Shown here piece after piece: positions 54,629-64,000 of a stretch of DNA of 64,000 nt. Made by a program: the position numbers and the translations under genes. Under the pieces are notes generated by a model. That model searched no databases and was not told the DNA's origin. It saw only the letters and a list, made by a program, of their open reading frames with translations. Location: positions 79,389 through 143,388 of the forward strand of contig CAYPCN010000001.1 in the NCBI GenBank assembly GCA_964409235.1, given 5' to 3'. Every line of letters begins with the position of its first letter. Position 1 is the first letter of the stretch. The stretch comes from an uncultured bacterium. Lineage in GTDB: Bacteria > Chlamydiota > Chlamydiia > Chlamydiales > FEN-1388.

Positions 54629-54719
54629 GAGCCATGCGCGATGTGGATGTGTAGAGGGGAAGAGGGAGATTTTTGGTAGATTCGCTACTCTTCTCTAAAA
54701 GGCACATCGCACATGGCCC
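54629..54719 (+). mobile_element. MITE-like element, internal-deletion derivative J (91 bp), flanked by TTCACA direct repeats
   Basis: Termini are GAGCCATGCGCGATGTG and CACATCGCACATGGCCC. The left arm joins directly to the distal right arm (TTTTTGG-TAGATTCG). TTCACA is present at 54623-54628 and 54720-54725. Confidence 0.85.
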
Positions 54720-54738
54720 TTCACACATGGAGAGGTGT

Positions 54739-56049
54739 ATGACGACGATTGAAGCTATCAAAGCTCTTGAAATCCTCGACTCGCGGGGCCACCCTACAGT
54801 CGCAGTCCACGTCCGACTTGCCAATGGGGTCGTGGGAATGGCGGCTGTACCTTCGGGAGCCTCTACAGGCACCTACGAAGCTGTCGAACGCAGAGACGGC
54901 AACAGAAAACGGTATGGTGGCAAAGGGGTACGCGACGTCGTAACCTCTGTCAACACCGAGATTAATGAATGCCTCAAAGGGCTGCTGGTCTTTGACCAGA
55001 CAGCCATCGACCAGCGGTTGATCGATCTCGATGGTACAGATAATAAAGGCCGCCTCGGCGCCAATGGACTTCTTGGCACCTCGTTGGCCTGCGCTCGCGC
55101 AGCCGCGCAAAGCCTTGGCATCGAGCTGTACCGCTATCTTGGCGGGTCTGGCCCTGCTATCATGCCCTGTCCAATGTTCAACGTTCTCAATGGCGGAGTG
55201 CATGCAGATAACTGTATTGACTTCCAAGAGTTTATGATTCGTCCCCACGGTGCTCCCTCCTTTGCAGAGGCACTTCGTTGGGGTGTTGAAACGTACCACG
55301 CGCTACGTGCTCTCCTCAAGAAAAAAGGGTTGACGGTGAGCGTCGGCGACGAAGGCGGCTTTGCCCCGAATTTGGCCTCCGATGATGACGTCCTCGACAT
55401 TCTCGTCGATGCTATTACGCAGGCGGGCTACAAGCCTGGAGCCGAGATCTCTATCGCTCTCGACTGCGCAGCATCGGAACTCTACGATGAAAACGAGCGG
55501 ACGTATGTTGAAAAGAAGCGGAGAGCGAGAAAAGAGCCCTACCAATCCAGAACGGCGGACGAGCAAATTGCCTATCTGCAGCAGCTCGTCAGCAGATACC
55601 CTATTGACTCCATCGAAGATGGGCTGTCAGAAAAAGATTGGGACGGCTGGAAAAAACTCAATGCCACGCTCGGCACTGCCATTCAGCTGGTCGGCGATGA
55701 CCTCTTCGTCACCAACCCGACATTCCTCGAGCGTGGGATTGCCGAACAGAGTGCCAACGCGATTTTAATCAAGCTCAACCAGATTGGCACCCTCACAGAG
55801 ACAGTGCAAACGATTCAGCGAGCAAGGCGCGCAGGGTGGTGCACCATTGTCTCCCATAGATCGGGCGAAACCGAAGATGCCTTCATCGCCGATCTCGCCG
55901 TGGGCCTTGGATGCGGTCAAATCAAAACTGGCGCCCCTTGCCGAAGCGAGCGTACGGCGAAGTACAACCGCCTTCTGTGCATCGAAGATCGAGAAGCAGG
56001 GCATAGCGTGTTTGTAGATACGAATCGGGAGCGTGTACGCCGAGGTTAG
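54739..56049 (+). CDS. eno: Enolase
   Basis: ORF 54673-56049; the ATG at 54739 follows a [38 protein letters not shown] and SHRSGETED are present. The upstream ORF extension is MITE sequence. Confidence 0.95.
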   Translation: MTTIEAIKALEILDSRGHPTVAVHVRLANGVVGMAAVPSGASTGTYEAVERRDGNRKRYGGKGVRDVVTSVNTEINECLKGLLVFDQTAIDQRLIDLDGTDNKGRLGANGLLGTSLACARAAAQSLGIELYRYLGGSGPAIMPCPMFNVLNGGVHADNCIDFQEFMIRPHGAPSFAEALRWGVETYHALRALLKKKGLTVSVGDEGGFAPNLASDDDVLDILVDAITQAGYKPGAEISIALDCAASELYDENERTYVEKKRRARKEPYQSRTADEQIAYLQQLVSRYPIDSIEDGLSEKDWDGWKKLNATLGTAIQLVGDDLFVTNPTFLERGIAEQSANAILIKLNQIGTLTETVQTIQRARRAGWCTIVSHRSGETEDAFIADLAVGLGCGQIKTGAPCRSERTAKYNRLLCIEDREAGHSVFVDTNRERVRRG

Positions 56050-57719
56050 CGCGACGAGGAGTCGTCTTTGCTCGGTGACCTTACAATCGGCAGCGCGAGC
56101 GACGATGGGAATTTCTTCGAAGCATGGACGGTGAAAGCTGTCCCCTTCTCTTCCTCGGCACCAAAGCAGATGTCATACGCTGGGTAGTTCGAAGCGCTTA
56201 AGAGAACCCCAATGCGATGGCCGCGAGCAAAGACCATGCTCGTCGACCACAGGTCGACGATCACCAGGCGAGGATCTTTGGCATTGGCTTCATTTGCTCG
56301 TCGAGGCATCACGCGTGCGATCCCCTCTGCAATGAGGTACTGCTCGCCAGTCGGCCAGATATCGACAAGGCGAAGGCAGACGTCGCGCTCGCGCTCGACA
56401 TCGGCAACGTAGAGGTTTGCCCATAGCCTGCCTGTCACTTCGACATCCTCTATGAGCGCCTCTGTCTGGAACAGCAGGACATCTTTTCTCTCTGTCAGCA
56501 CTTTTAAATCACGAGGGCCGTCGGGCATAAAGAGATTGCGGCCTCCGATCGTCGGCACTGGATTTTTTGCGTCAAAGGCCACGGGAAATGATGAGCTCTC
56601 TCCCTCTTTTTGAGACAGCACTCCTTCTGAGGAAAGAAAAAAGCGTTTGTATTCCGCTCCTGGCGGAGGCCAAGAGTCTGCGGTTCTCCAGCAGTTTCCT
56701 TGCGACGGGCTGCCGTCGAAAGGCCCCATGACGTAATACTGGACTACGGGTGCCGTTGCCGCAGCGTTTTTCACGCCCTTGACGTGATGGTCAAGCCATG
56801 TCTGCTGTGTAATATCAACCGGAGGCGTACATTGCTCTGACCTCAGGATAAAATCGCCGAGCTTGCCAGTAGACCGCCATCGATGCCCCCAAGGGCCGAC
56901 GATCAGCTTATGTTTTTGGCGTGCTTCAGGCTGAGAGTGCTGCTGAGCAGCGAAAAATGCGTCGATTGTTCCCTGCAGAAAGATGTCAAACCACCCTCCC
57001 ATATGCAGCTGGGGAACTCGAATTTGGTCGGCATAGTCAATGGCGTTGAACCGACTCCAAAAAGTGTCGTACCTGGACTTCCCCTTCAACCACTCAACAA
57101 CAGAGGGGTGCCGCCGATGGACTTGGAGCCAGCCTTCGACCTGCTCTTTTCGAAATTCTCCGCCAGGGTAAATCGCATACTGATACATGCTTGGCGCTGC
57201 CATCTCAATAAACTGACAGCGAAGGTTCGGCGGCGAGGCTGGCGCGAGCAGAAATTCGGTGATACCTGTAGCGGAGACGCCGATCGTTGATACTGAGCCC
57301 TCGCAGAAATCTGCAGAAGCCAACCACTGCACTGTATCATAGCCATCAGCGGGTTGATGATCGTCTGACCAGCCATCCGTGAGGTATGGAATGGCCTTGC
57401 CACTCTCATCGCAGCACGAGCGCGTGGCTTGAACGACGAGGGCATATCCATTTTTCACTAAGGAAAGCCACTGCGGGTTTACAGAGTCCTTACCAAGAGG
57501 GTGGCGCACCAGAACACAGGGGAATTTCGTTGCTGTCCCATCATGGGGGAGATAGACGTTAGCCGGCAGCTTCATCCCATCTCGCATGGCGATCTCAATC
57601 ACGCGATCTGGAGGAGGTATTGGCGGCGACTCGGCACATACGGTAGCGCACACCACGGCCACCGTCGCTGCCACACAACGAAATACCGAAATTGGAAAGA
57701 AACTCCCGCACAGTACCAT
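56046..57719 (-). CDS. CocE/NonD family hydrolase (S15 X-Pro dipeptidyl-peptidase-like), secreted
   Basis: Signal-like N terminus, [20 protein letters not shown] nucleophile elbow, and a C-terminal beta-sandwich region. Its stop codon overlaps the eno stop codon convergently. Confidence 0.75.
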   Translation of the reverse strand: MVLCGSFFPISVFRCVAATVAVVCATVCAESPPIPPPDRVIEIAMRDGMKLPANVYLPHDGTATKFPCVLVRHPLGKDSVNPQWLSLVKNGYALVVQATRSCCDESGKAIPYLTDGWSDDHQPADGYDTVQWLASADFCEGSVSTIGVSATGITEFLLAPASPPNLRCQFIEMAAPSMYQYAIYPGGEFRKEQVEGWLQVHRRHPSVVEWLKGKSRYDTFWSRFNAIDYADQIRVPQLHMGGWFDIFLQGTIDAFFAAQQHSQPEARQKHKLIVGPWGHRWRSTGKLGDFILRSEQCTPPVDITQQTWLDHHVKGVKNAAATAPVVQYYVMGPFDGSPSQGNCWRTADSWPPPGAEYKRFFLSSEGVLSQKEGESSSFPVAFDAKNPVPTIGGRNLFMPDGPRDLKVLTERKDVLLFQTEALIEDVEVTGRLWANLYVADVERERDVCLRLVDIWPTGEQYLIAEGIARVMPRRANEANAKDPRLVIVDLWSTSMVFARGHRIGVLLSASNYPAYDICFGAEEEKGTAFTVHASKKFPSSLALPIVRSPSKDDSSSR

Positions 57720-57778
57720 AGCCGCTCTCGTTATGTAGGCGCCACTTGCAATGGCGAAGTTTCGGAAGCTGCTGTTGT

Positions 57779-58087
57779 CTAAACAGCGCTAGGCGTTGTA
57801 TTGAGACGGATCGCCAAGCGAGATTTCAAGCGGCTCGCCTTATTGAGGGTGTACAACCCCTTCTTTGCTGCCTTGTCCAAGAGGCTGCATATCTCTCGGA
57901 AATTCTCGACATTCTTTTCCTTGGAAAGAGCGAGAAGCTCTTTTTGGAAGTCGCGAATCGTGGTGCGAATGCGGGAAGAGGATGCTTTATTCCTCATCCG
58001 CCGCTTTTCCCCTTGAAGCTGGCGCTTCTTTGCCGTGGAAATTCTGCTTACTTTGCCCTTGTTCTTCTCTTGAGCTGGCTCCGCCAT
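57779..58087 (-). CDS. rpsT: 30S ribosomal protein S20
   Basis: ORF 57779-58177; the Met at 58087 gives a 102-aa basic protein containing TAKKRQLQGEKRRMRNKASSSRIRT. Confidence 0.88.
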   Translation of the reverse strand: MAEPAQEKNKGKVSRISTAKKRQLQGEKRRMRNKASSSRIRTTIRDFQKELLALSKEKNVENFREICSLLDKAAKKGLYTLNKASRLKSRLAIRLNTTPSAV

Positions 58088-58338
58088 AATACCGTGATCC
58101 TCAAAACATGGCATCGACCTCAAGCTTACGAGCAACAGTGCTGTGCTCCTCGTCGATGCTTCAACTAAAAGTACCAAAAGTGTACGGGGGCGCGTATTTT
58201 TTTGCTATTGTGTTTGCACAGAGCCCCGTCGTCCTAGCTAGCGGGAGTTGCTGTGTGTGTGAGCCATGTGCGATATGCAAAAATCGCCTGCTTTCTATTC
58301 GTTCTATACAGTATCTTTAGTGTGCGAAACCATATGAG

Positions 58339-58355
58339 CCACATCGCAAATGGCT
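58339..58355. repeat. Solo MITE terminus (CACATCGCAAATGGCTC)
   Basis: Exact match to the reverse-complement of the family terminus GAGCCATTTGCGATGTG (as in copy C), 27 nt upstream of the serS ATG. It is preceded by GAGC, so the 21-mer GAGCCACATCGCAAATGGCTC has palindromic ends. Confidence 0.6.
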
Positions 58356-58381
58356 CCTTATATACACGTCGTGGTGTCATC

Positions 58382-59677
58382 ATGATAGATATCCGTCTTA
58401 TCCGTAAGGATCCCTCTTCGATCCAGCAACGATTGCAAACAAAAGATGCCGATGCAGACCTTTCTTCCGTGCTTGCGTTCGATGAGGCGATTCGTGCAAA
58501 AAAAACCGAAGTAGAGCAGCTGAAGGCGAAGCGCAATGCAGCATCGGACGCGATTGGCCAACTCAAGCGAGAAGGGAAAGACTGTTCTTCGCAGATGGCG
58601 GACGTGACGTCCATCGCCGATCGCATCCATCACCTCGATCGCGAGATCATCGAGTTAGAGCCTCTGTTGACCGACGCTCTCGCACGGCTGCCCAACCTGC
58701 CGATGGATGATATTCCCGTGTCGCCCAGCCCGCAGGACAATGTCCTGGTGCGGTCTTTTGGCGAGCGTCCGACCTTTGACTTCCCAGTGAAGAACCACGT
58801 AGAACTCAATGAGCGCTTAGGGCTCTTTGACTTTGAGCGAGCGACGAAAATTTCGGGTTCTGGCTGGCCGTCGTATAGAGGGCTTGGAGCTCGTCTCGAA
58901 TGGGCGCTGCTCAACTACATGGTTGACTTTCATGGGAGGCATGGGTTTTCCCAATGGTTTCCGCCGCTGTGCGTGAAAAAAGAGGTGCTCTTTGCCTCGG
59001 GCCAGCTGCCTAAATTTGCCAATCAGCAGTATCGAGTCGCTGATGGGGATCAAGAGCTTTTTATGATTCCCACAGCAGAAGTAGCTCTCAACGGATTGTT
59101 GATGGATGAGATTATCCCTGAGGAGGCGTTGCCGCTGAAGTTTTTCGCCTATACTCCCTGTTTCCGCCGAGAGGCAGGCGCCGCAGGCTCGCAAGAGCGG
59201 GGGTTGATTCGCACCCATCAATTCAACAAAGTTGAAATGTTTGCCTTCACAGGTCCAGAGCAGAGCCCGACGGTCTTTGAAGAGTTTGTGGCGGCTGCGG
59301 AGCAGCTTGTACAGGGGCTAGGCCTGCACTGCCGCTCTATGCTGCTCACGACGGGTGATATGTCATTCGCTTCGGCAAAGACCATTGATGTAGAGGTCTG
59401 GCTGCCCGGGCAGAATCGCTACTATGAAGTCTCGTCGATTTCGAATTGTACAGACTATCAAGCGCGTCGGTCGAACACTCGCTTTCGACGTGGGCAGGAA
59501 AAGCCTCAGCTCGTCCACACGTTGAATGGTTCAGGATTAGCAACGTCGCGCCTTATGGTTGCTCTTCTTGAGAATCACCAACGACCTGATGGGTCGGTCT
59601 CCATTCCAGCTGTGTTGCAACCCTATCTTGGCGGTGTAGACATCATACTGCCCCAACCTCCTGGAATGTATCGATAG
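58382..59677 (+). CDS. serS: Serine--tRNA ligase
   Basis: ORF 58253-59677; Met at 58382 (MIDIRLIRKDP). Coiled-coil arm, class II motifs (FRREAG, TLNGSGLA). Confidence 0.93.
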   Translation: MIDIRLIRKDPSSIQQRLQTKDADADLSSVLAFDEAIRAKKTEVEQLKAKRNAASDAIGQLKREGKDCSSQMADVTSIADRIHHLDREIIELEPLLTDALARLPNLPMDDIPVSPSPQDNVLVRSFGERPTFDFPVKNHVELNERLGLFDFERATKISGSGWPSYRGLGARLEWALLNYMVDFHGRHGFSQWFPPLCVKKEVLFASGQLPKFANQQYRVADGDQELFMIPTAEVALNGLLMDEIIPEEALPLKFFAYTPCFRREAGAAGSQERGLIRTHQFNKVEMFAFTGPEQSPTVFEEFVAAAEQLVQGLGLHCRSMLLTTGDMSFASAKTIDVEVWLPGQNRYYEVSSISNCTDYQARRSNTRFRRGQEKPQLVHTLNGSGLATSRLMVALLENHQRPDGSVSIPAVLQPYLGGVDIILPQPPGMYR

Positions 59678-59678
59678 C

Positions 59679-60725
59679 ATGGGTGCCTCGTCGCCAGCTG
59701 TTGACTGCGATGTCTTTTTGCATCGCGCTTGCGGCCCGATCTTTGATGTTCGATCTCCGTGTGAGTACGCTTCAGGGCACATCCCTGGTTCGCATTCACT
59801 TCCGCTTTTCACGGATGCTGAGCGCGCGATGATCGGCACAGTGTATAAGCAGCGCGGCCGTGATGCGGCTGTGCAGCTCGGCCTGCAGGCTGTGGGACCG
59901 AAGCTTGGCGAGATGGCCGCTACGCTACGCTCAGTACTTCAGAAGTCAAAGGCATCCTCTTGCCGAGTGACATGCTTTCGTGGGGGGATGCGAAGCCGTT
60001 CTGTCCAGTGGCTCTGCGAGTTCCTGGGAGTTCCGGCGGTGCGCCTTGACGGTGGCTATAAAGCCTTTCGCCATGCGGTTCTCGACACCTTTTCTCGGCC
60101 ATATCGGTTCATTGTCATCGGCGGTCCCACGGGAAGTGGGAAGACCGATTGGATTGCGACGCTGCGGCAGAAGGGATGTCAGGCGATCGACCTCGAAGCG
60201 TTGGCGAACCATCGCGGCAGTGCTTTCGGGCTTGTGCCTGGCGCTGCCCAGCCGACGACAGAGCAGTTTGAAAATCTTCTCGCTGCGCAGTTGTGGGGGA
60301 TGGACCCTCGACTTCCAATTTTCATTGAGGATGAAAGCCGGCGGATTGGTTCCTGCACCATCCCGCACGGGATCTACGATACGATGGATAGGTCGCAGCT
60401 CCTTTGGCTTGAGGTCCTAAGAGAAGACCGCGTCAATCGCATTCTCTCTGCGTATGGAGAGTTTCCGACGGAGTGGGCGGTTGCGTGCACACAGAAGCTT
60501 GCCAAGCGGCTCGGAGGAGAGCGGACGCAGAAGATCGTGCATGCTCTTGAGAGCGGACACAAAGACCAGGCCGTCGACTGTTTGCTACAGTACTATGACC
60601 AACTCTACCTCCACAGCCGTTCGCTACATCCGCGGCAGCACATCCCCATCACGACCGAAGCATTGGCGAAAGCCATTGAGGAGCGGTCGTTCGTCGGGCT
60701 CGGCCTCTCCGATCCGAGTTGCTAG
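59679..60725 (+). CDS. selU: tRNA 2-selenouridine synthase (rhodanese plus P-loop)
   Basis: DVRSPCEYASGHIPGS, ERAMIGTVYKQRG, CFRGGMRSRS (rhodanese Cys loop) and GGPTGSGKT. Confidence 0.8.
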   Translation: MGASSPAVDCDVFLHRACGPIFDVRSPCEYASGHIPGSHSLPLFTDAERAMIGTVYKQRGRDAAVQLGLQAVGPKLGEMAATLRSVLQKSKASSCRVTCFRGGMRSRSVQWLCEFLGVPAVRLDGGYKAFRHAVLDTFSRPYRFIVIGGPTGSGKTDWIATLRQKGCQAIDLEALANHRGSAFGLVPGAAQPTTEQFENLLAAQLWGMDPRLPIFIEDESRRIGSCTIPHGIYDTMDRSQLLWLEVLREDRVNRILSAYGEFPTEWAVACTQKLAKRLGGERTQKIVHALESGHKDQAVDCLLQYYDQLYLHSRSLHPRQHIPITTEALAKAIEERSFVGLGLSDPSC

Positions 60726-60738
60726 AGGCATACAGCGC

Positions 60739-62142
60739 TTACCCACGATTGGCCAACACTGTATCTCTGATCCACTGGGGGTTCCATCCGAGGATAAACG
60801 AACTTAGAGGGCTGATGATTTGCTCTATCGAAAGAGATTGATCATACGGCGATACCAAGGCATCGAGTACGCGATCTCGATTGGCAACGTCGATCTTGTT
60901 GAGCTGTTCTTTGATTAACTTGGCAAGAACGCCGAGGAAGTCATTCGGCCCCACGACGATCTCTCCAGAGATGATAGCTCGAAGTTCTTTCCCTGAGACA
61001 CCTCCCATGTGTGCTTTGTACAGCAGTGCCATGCCGATCAAAAGCATGGACATCGTAAAGGTGGCGGAAATGGTCTCTGCTTTGTTTTTTGGGAGGAAGC
61101 TGATGAGGAGATTCCGGAACGATTCATTGGTGACCAATGTGGCAATGGTCTGCGCGAAGGCACCGGCAGCATCTTTCATGACTTGAGGTTCTGAAATACC
61201 GACAGGCCGGGGCGTCAACGCCATGGCAATTGGCGCTGCCCACATGAGGGTGGATCCTATCAGTCCCATGGCTAATGATGTTAACGTCGCGGAAAGCTCG
61301 GGAGAGAGAGAAAGAGTACCGCCACCGACAAATGCGGGGAAGAGCGGTAGTATCATTTTCATCGTTGAAGAGTCGACGACGAGCGAGCCAAAGAGGATGG
61401 ACAGGAGAGGCTGCTTGAGCTCTTCTTGCTTTATCACGGCGTTACGAATGTAGTCCGTGAGAATTTCTCTCATCTTTTCATCGTTCAACAGCTCTTGTTT
61501 CCTCATCGCTTCTTTTTGCAGCTCGGCGAGTTCGGAGATGGATTCGCTCCATTTTTGCAGCATCGCGATCACGAGCTGTTGGTAGGAGATGATAAATGCT
61601 TTTTCTAGTGTCTCTTCAGGCGCGGTCTTAAGCGCTGCATGAAGGGCGACGAGCTGGCGAAGCAGGAGTTGCATGGTGCGGGCATCGACAGCGGTGATCT
61701 CCCCATCTTCGACGTATTTTTTTAAGAGGACCTGAAAAGGATTGGCGTCAGCCCCGGCGTTCAACGCCTCGACGATGTCTGCCTCAGAGAAATGCTGAGC
61801 TTTTGCCCAGGCACTCACGCCTGCCAGCGTGACGGCGCTTTCCACAACGCCGAACGATCCTAGGGCGCTGGCGCTTGATACCAAGCCAATGCTAAAGAAC
61901 TCCGGGAAGCTCATAGCAATATGCTGAAAAGCGGCGATGTTAATTTGGGGGGGTGGGATGACCAGCGAGCCGGAGAGAAGCAGCTGTTCGATGCGCTCTT
62001 TTTCACTGACTGATAGCCACGGAGACTGAGAGACGGACGATAAGAGTCCGCCGTAGACGGTCTTTTCTCCCACAACGGATGGCAAGACGCCAAACCATGG
62101 CCAGTAACTGGTGCTGCCGCTGATAGCTCCGAGAGTGCTCAT
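60739..62142 (-). CDS. Hypothetical hydrophobic/helical protein
   Basis: ORF 60739-62181. The Met at 62142 is preceded by an AGAGGAGAA RBS. Hydrophobic blocks include FFSIGLVSSASALGSFGVV, LTSLAMGLIGSTLMWAAPIAMAL and FTMSMLLIGMALLY. No family recognised. Confidence 0.55.
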   Translation of the reverse strand: MSTLGAISGSTSYWPWFGVLPSVVGEKTVYGGLLSSVSQSPWLSVSEKERIEQLLLSGSLVIPPPQINIAAFQHIAMSFPEFFSIGLVSSASALGSFGVVESAVTLAGVSAWAKAQHFSEADIVEALNAGADANPFQVLLKKYVEDGEITAVDARTMQLLLRQLVALHAALKTAPEETLEKAFIISYQQLVIAMLQKWSESISELAELQKEAMRKQELLNDEKMREILTDYIRNAVIKQEELKQPLLSILFGSLVVDSSTMKMILPLFPAFVGGGTLSLSPELSATLTSLAMGLIGSTLMWAAPIAMALTPRPVGISEPQVMKDAAGAFAQTIATLVTNESFRNLLISFLPKNKAETISATFTMSMLLIGMALLYKAHMGGVSGKELRAIISGEIVVGPNDFLGVLAKLIKEQLNKIDVANRDRVLDALVSPYDQSLSIEQIISPLSSFILGWNPQWIRDTVLANRG

Positions 62143-62162
62143 AGTGTTCTCCTCTGACAATC

Positions 62163-62179
62163 CGTATCGCAGATGGCTC
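62163..62179. repeat. Solo MITE terminus (CGTATCGCAGATGGCTC) in the spacer between the two terminal genes
   Basis: 14/17 match to the family terminus. It accounts for the apparent MSHLRYG N-terminal extension of ORF 60739-62181. Confidence 0.45.
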
Positions 62180-63941
62180 ATCCGGTAAGTGTAATCTGCG
62201 ATTGCTGCATCCTATCTTGAGGTGTGCGGGTAATAATAGAAAACTGTCGCATAATGATCATGGCCGGCGCTAAGAGAAAATCGACGGCAACAGAGTTAAA
62301 GTCATGGAGCCGTTGAATTGTTTCTACAAAGGCTCGGTACGCCTTTGCGGCTTTGTTGGCATCGGCGAAATCGTTGAAAAATTTACGGAAGGCGATACTG
62401 ACCTGATCTAAGACTTGCGGAGGAAGTGTCGAAGGGGCGATGTATGGGAGGTTGATCTCTCGCCTTCGTTCTTCCTCTCTCTTCCGTAGCTCTTCGGGTG
62501 TCGGCGTGAAGAGTCGAGAGATAAGAGCGGTTTCGAGGTCCGATAACTTCAGCTCAGCACCTGCGGCTAATGCTTGGGCTTCTCGAACGGCCAACATCAT
62601 GAGGGCCGCTGCTTCGTTGGCCGTTACGAGGCCAAGGCGCATGCCAAGGAGAAGCGAGGCTTTTTCTTCGTCCGATATTCCGGAGATCCCTGCGAGCGTA
62701 GGCTCAGCCCTTGCGGCAGCGAGCAGCTCTTCCTTTGCCTCAGGAGCGAGGGGGGCGTACAGCTTGACAAATTGGGCGACAATCGCGAGCGGCTTCACAG
62801 GGGAGACAACCGTTGGCTTTGGCTGGGGAGGTGACGGCTCGGCAAAAATCTCTTTGATTTTATCTTGGAGTTCTTGCAGGGCATCAGCAACTCGTTGGAA
62901 GAGGACGCCTCTTGGCTCTGCGGTCATGACTGACACCACGACGTCTCCCGTTGTTGGCGAGATTGCCGACGTAACGACGGGAGAGGGTGTCGGTTGTCCT
63001 TGTAAGAGCATGCGTCTGAGGGTATCCCGTTGTGATTCTGTTGCCTTTCTTTCCAGCTGAGCCACGAGCTGTCCCAGGAAGTCAGGACTGAAGATATCGA
63101 CCGTCATGGTGATGCCCTGGTCGTGCAGTGCTGAGAGCATGGCGTCGAGGAAGGCGGGCCCTCCTGGGGCACCGTCAGTGAGCGGGATGAGGCCTTGGGC
63201 GGAGGCGATAATGGCCATGAGCATCGTGCGCGTTGTTGCATCAAAGCCAAGCGCTGTAAGGAGTGTGTCAAGTTCGTCGTAGCCTACGACCATTGCAGCG
63301 AGTTCTATCGCTCGCGCCTGAGGAATGCCAAGCCCCATGAAGCGAGATATGATATCGGCTGTGCTGGCATCGGCAGAGCCGAAGATGGCAGTAGCGATCT
63401 GGCCAGGAGTAAGCCCCATGTTGACTCCTAGGGCCGTGGTCAGGGTGAGCAACAGGATCTGCTGTATCGCGACAAGTCCAGAGAGGAGGTCCTTTTGTGC
63501 TTCTGCTGATAGGCTGGACAGGGAAGGGAAGTTCATGAGCATGTCGATGACGTTTTGGCTCAGAGTGCCGGGTGCGCTCGCTGCAAGAGCGAGCTGCTGC
63601 ATAAGGGCTACCATCAGTTCGGATTTCGTTTGCGCCTCTATTTCGGAGCCTTCCTTCTGTCTCTCGTGTTCGAAGAGTTCTGCGAGCGTCATATTTCTTT
63701 CTTCGAGCTGTTTGAGGATATCTGGCAGTGTGCCCGCCACTTGGAGGCCGGCAAGGATTGCCGCGCGCTCTACAATTTGCTGGATGGCCGTTAAAAAAAT
63801 CGAAGAGTTTGTCACTTGCGTAAGAGCCGCATTGAATTCAGCGGTTGCGGCGAGGACGCTGCCTCCTCCAAACAACCCAAACATCTGATACAGCTGGTCT
63901 AACAGGTCTTGGGTCGAGGCTTTTTCTTGCTCAGAACTCAT
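62178..63941 (-). CDS. Hypothetical Ala/Leu-rich helical protein (587 aa)
   Basis: Long ORF with coding-like composition and moderately hydrophobic central blocks (LLSGLVAIQQILLLTLTTALGV, MLMAIIASAQGLIPL). No family recognised. Confidence 0.55.
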   Translation of the reverse strand: MSSEQEKASTQDLLDQLYQMFGLFGGGSVLAATAEFNAALTQVTNSSIFLTAIQQIVERAAILAGLQVAGTLPDILKQLEERNMTLAELFEHERQKEGSEIEAQTKSELMVALMQQLALAASAPGTLSQNVIDMLMNFPSLSSLSAEAQKDLLSGLVAIQQILLLTLTTALGVNMGLTPGQIATAIFGSADASTADIISRFMGLGIPQARAIELAAMVVGYDELDTLLTALGFDATTRTMLMAIIASAQGLIPLTDGAPGGPAFLDAMLSALHDQGITMTVDIFSPDFLGQLVAQLERKATESQRDTLRRMLLQGQPTPSPVVTSAISPTTGDVVVSVMTAEPRGVLFQRVADALQELQDKIKEIFAEPSPPQPKPTVVSPVKPLAIVAQFVKLYAPLAPEAKEELLAAARAEPTLAGISGISDEEKASLLLGMRLGLVTANEAAALMMLAVREAQALAAGAELKLSDLETALISRLFTPTPEELRKREEERRREINLPYIAPSTLPPQVLDQVSIAFRKFFNDFADANKAAKAYRAFVETIQRLHDFNSVAVDFLLAPAMIIMRQFSIITRTPQDRMQQSQITLTG

Positions 63942-64000
63942 GCTTGCAAGAACTCTTTGGGAGGTAAAGGTTTGCAGGAGTACAAAAGAAGAGAGGAAGA

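Noticed and set aside
3825-62179. Whether the dispersed repeat could be a CRISPR array or another regularly spaced repeat system.
   Set aside because: Copies are kilobases apart and occur in both orientations. They are themselves long palindromes with terminal inverted repeats and flanking duplications. There is no repeat-spacer periodicity and there are no cas genes.
1-64000. Prophage, integrative element, restriction-modification or other canonical defence islands, and rRNA operons.
   Set aside because: No integrase, recombinase, capsid, terminase, methyltransferase or restriction endonuclease signatures were seen in any substantial ORF. No rRNA-like sequence was seen either.

Overview
This 64-kb chromosomal window is densely coding on both strands. 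By inference, the gene content points to an environmental member of the Chlamydiota. Supporting genes are LpxB fused to two LAB_N membrane domains, a short plant-type glycerol-3-phosphate acyltransferase, McsA/McsB, a roughly 1070-aa PBP2, a sigma-66-like RpoD, an Inc-like bilobed membrane protein and eukaryote-like kinases. I support about 50 protein genes: pheT (partial), pseB-like, asnS, nfo, a lipid A/envelope cluster, plsX-rpmF-yceD, RNase E/G, topA, pbp2, rpoD, def, mcsAB, eno, rpsT, serS, selU and others. I also support tRNA-Leu(CAA) and tRNA-Arg(ACG). I saw no rRNA, CRISPR array, intact IS or prophage.

Findings worth follow-up, in rough order of interest:
1. A tight four-gene nucleotide-handling cassette: two paralogous deoxynucleoside-kinase-like genes, a divergent thymidine-phosphorylase-like gene, and a phage-type dATP/dGTP-diphosphohydrolase-like domain. 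Two of its four products carry signal-peptide-like N termini, as does a separate degenerate adenylate-kinase-like protein elsewhere in the window.
2. A very dense family of about 168-bp hairpin MITE-like elements (terminal inverted repeat GAGCCATTTGCGATGTG). Several copies have perfect 6-bp target-site duplications. The family includes internal-deletion derivatives and solo termini, at least 12 loci in total, all intergenic.
3. A tRNA-Leu-adjacent pair of kinase-fold genes, plus a degraded third kinase gene.
4. A TnpB C-terminal pseudogene fragment.
5. A G10 homopolymer in a promoter region.
6. A Bat aerotolerance-type operon and an orphan NrdG-like activase.
7. Two translationally linked large proteins of unknown function at the right edge.

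All family assignments come from reading the translations by eye. No searches were run.
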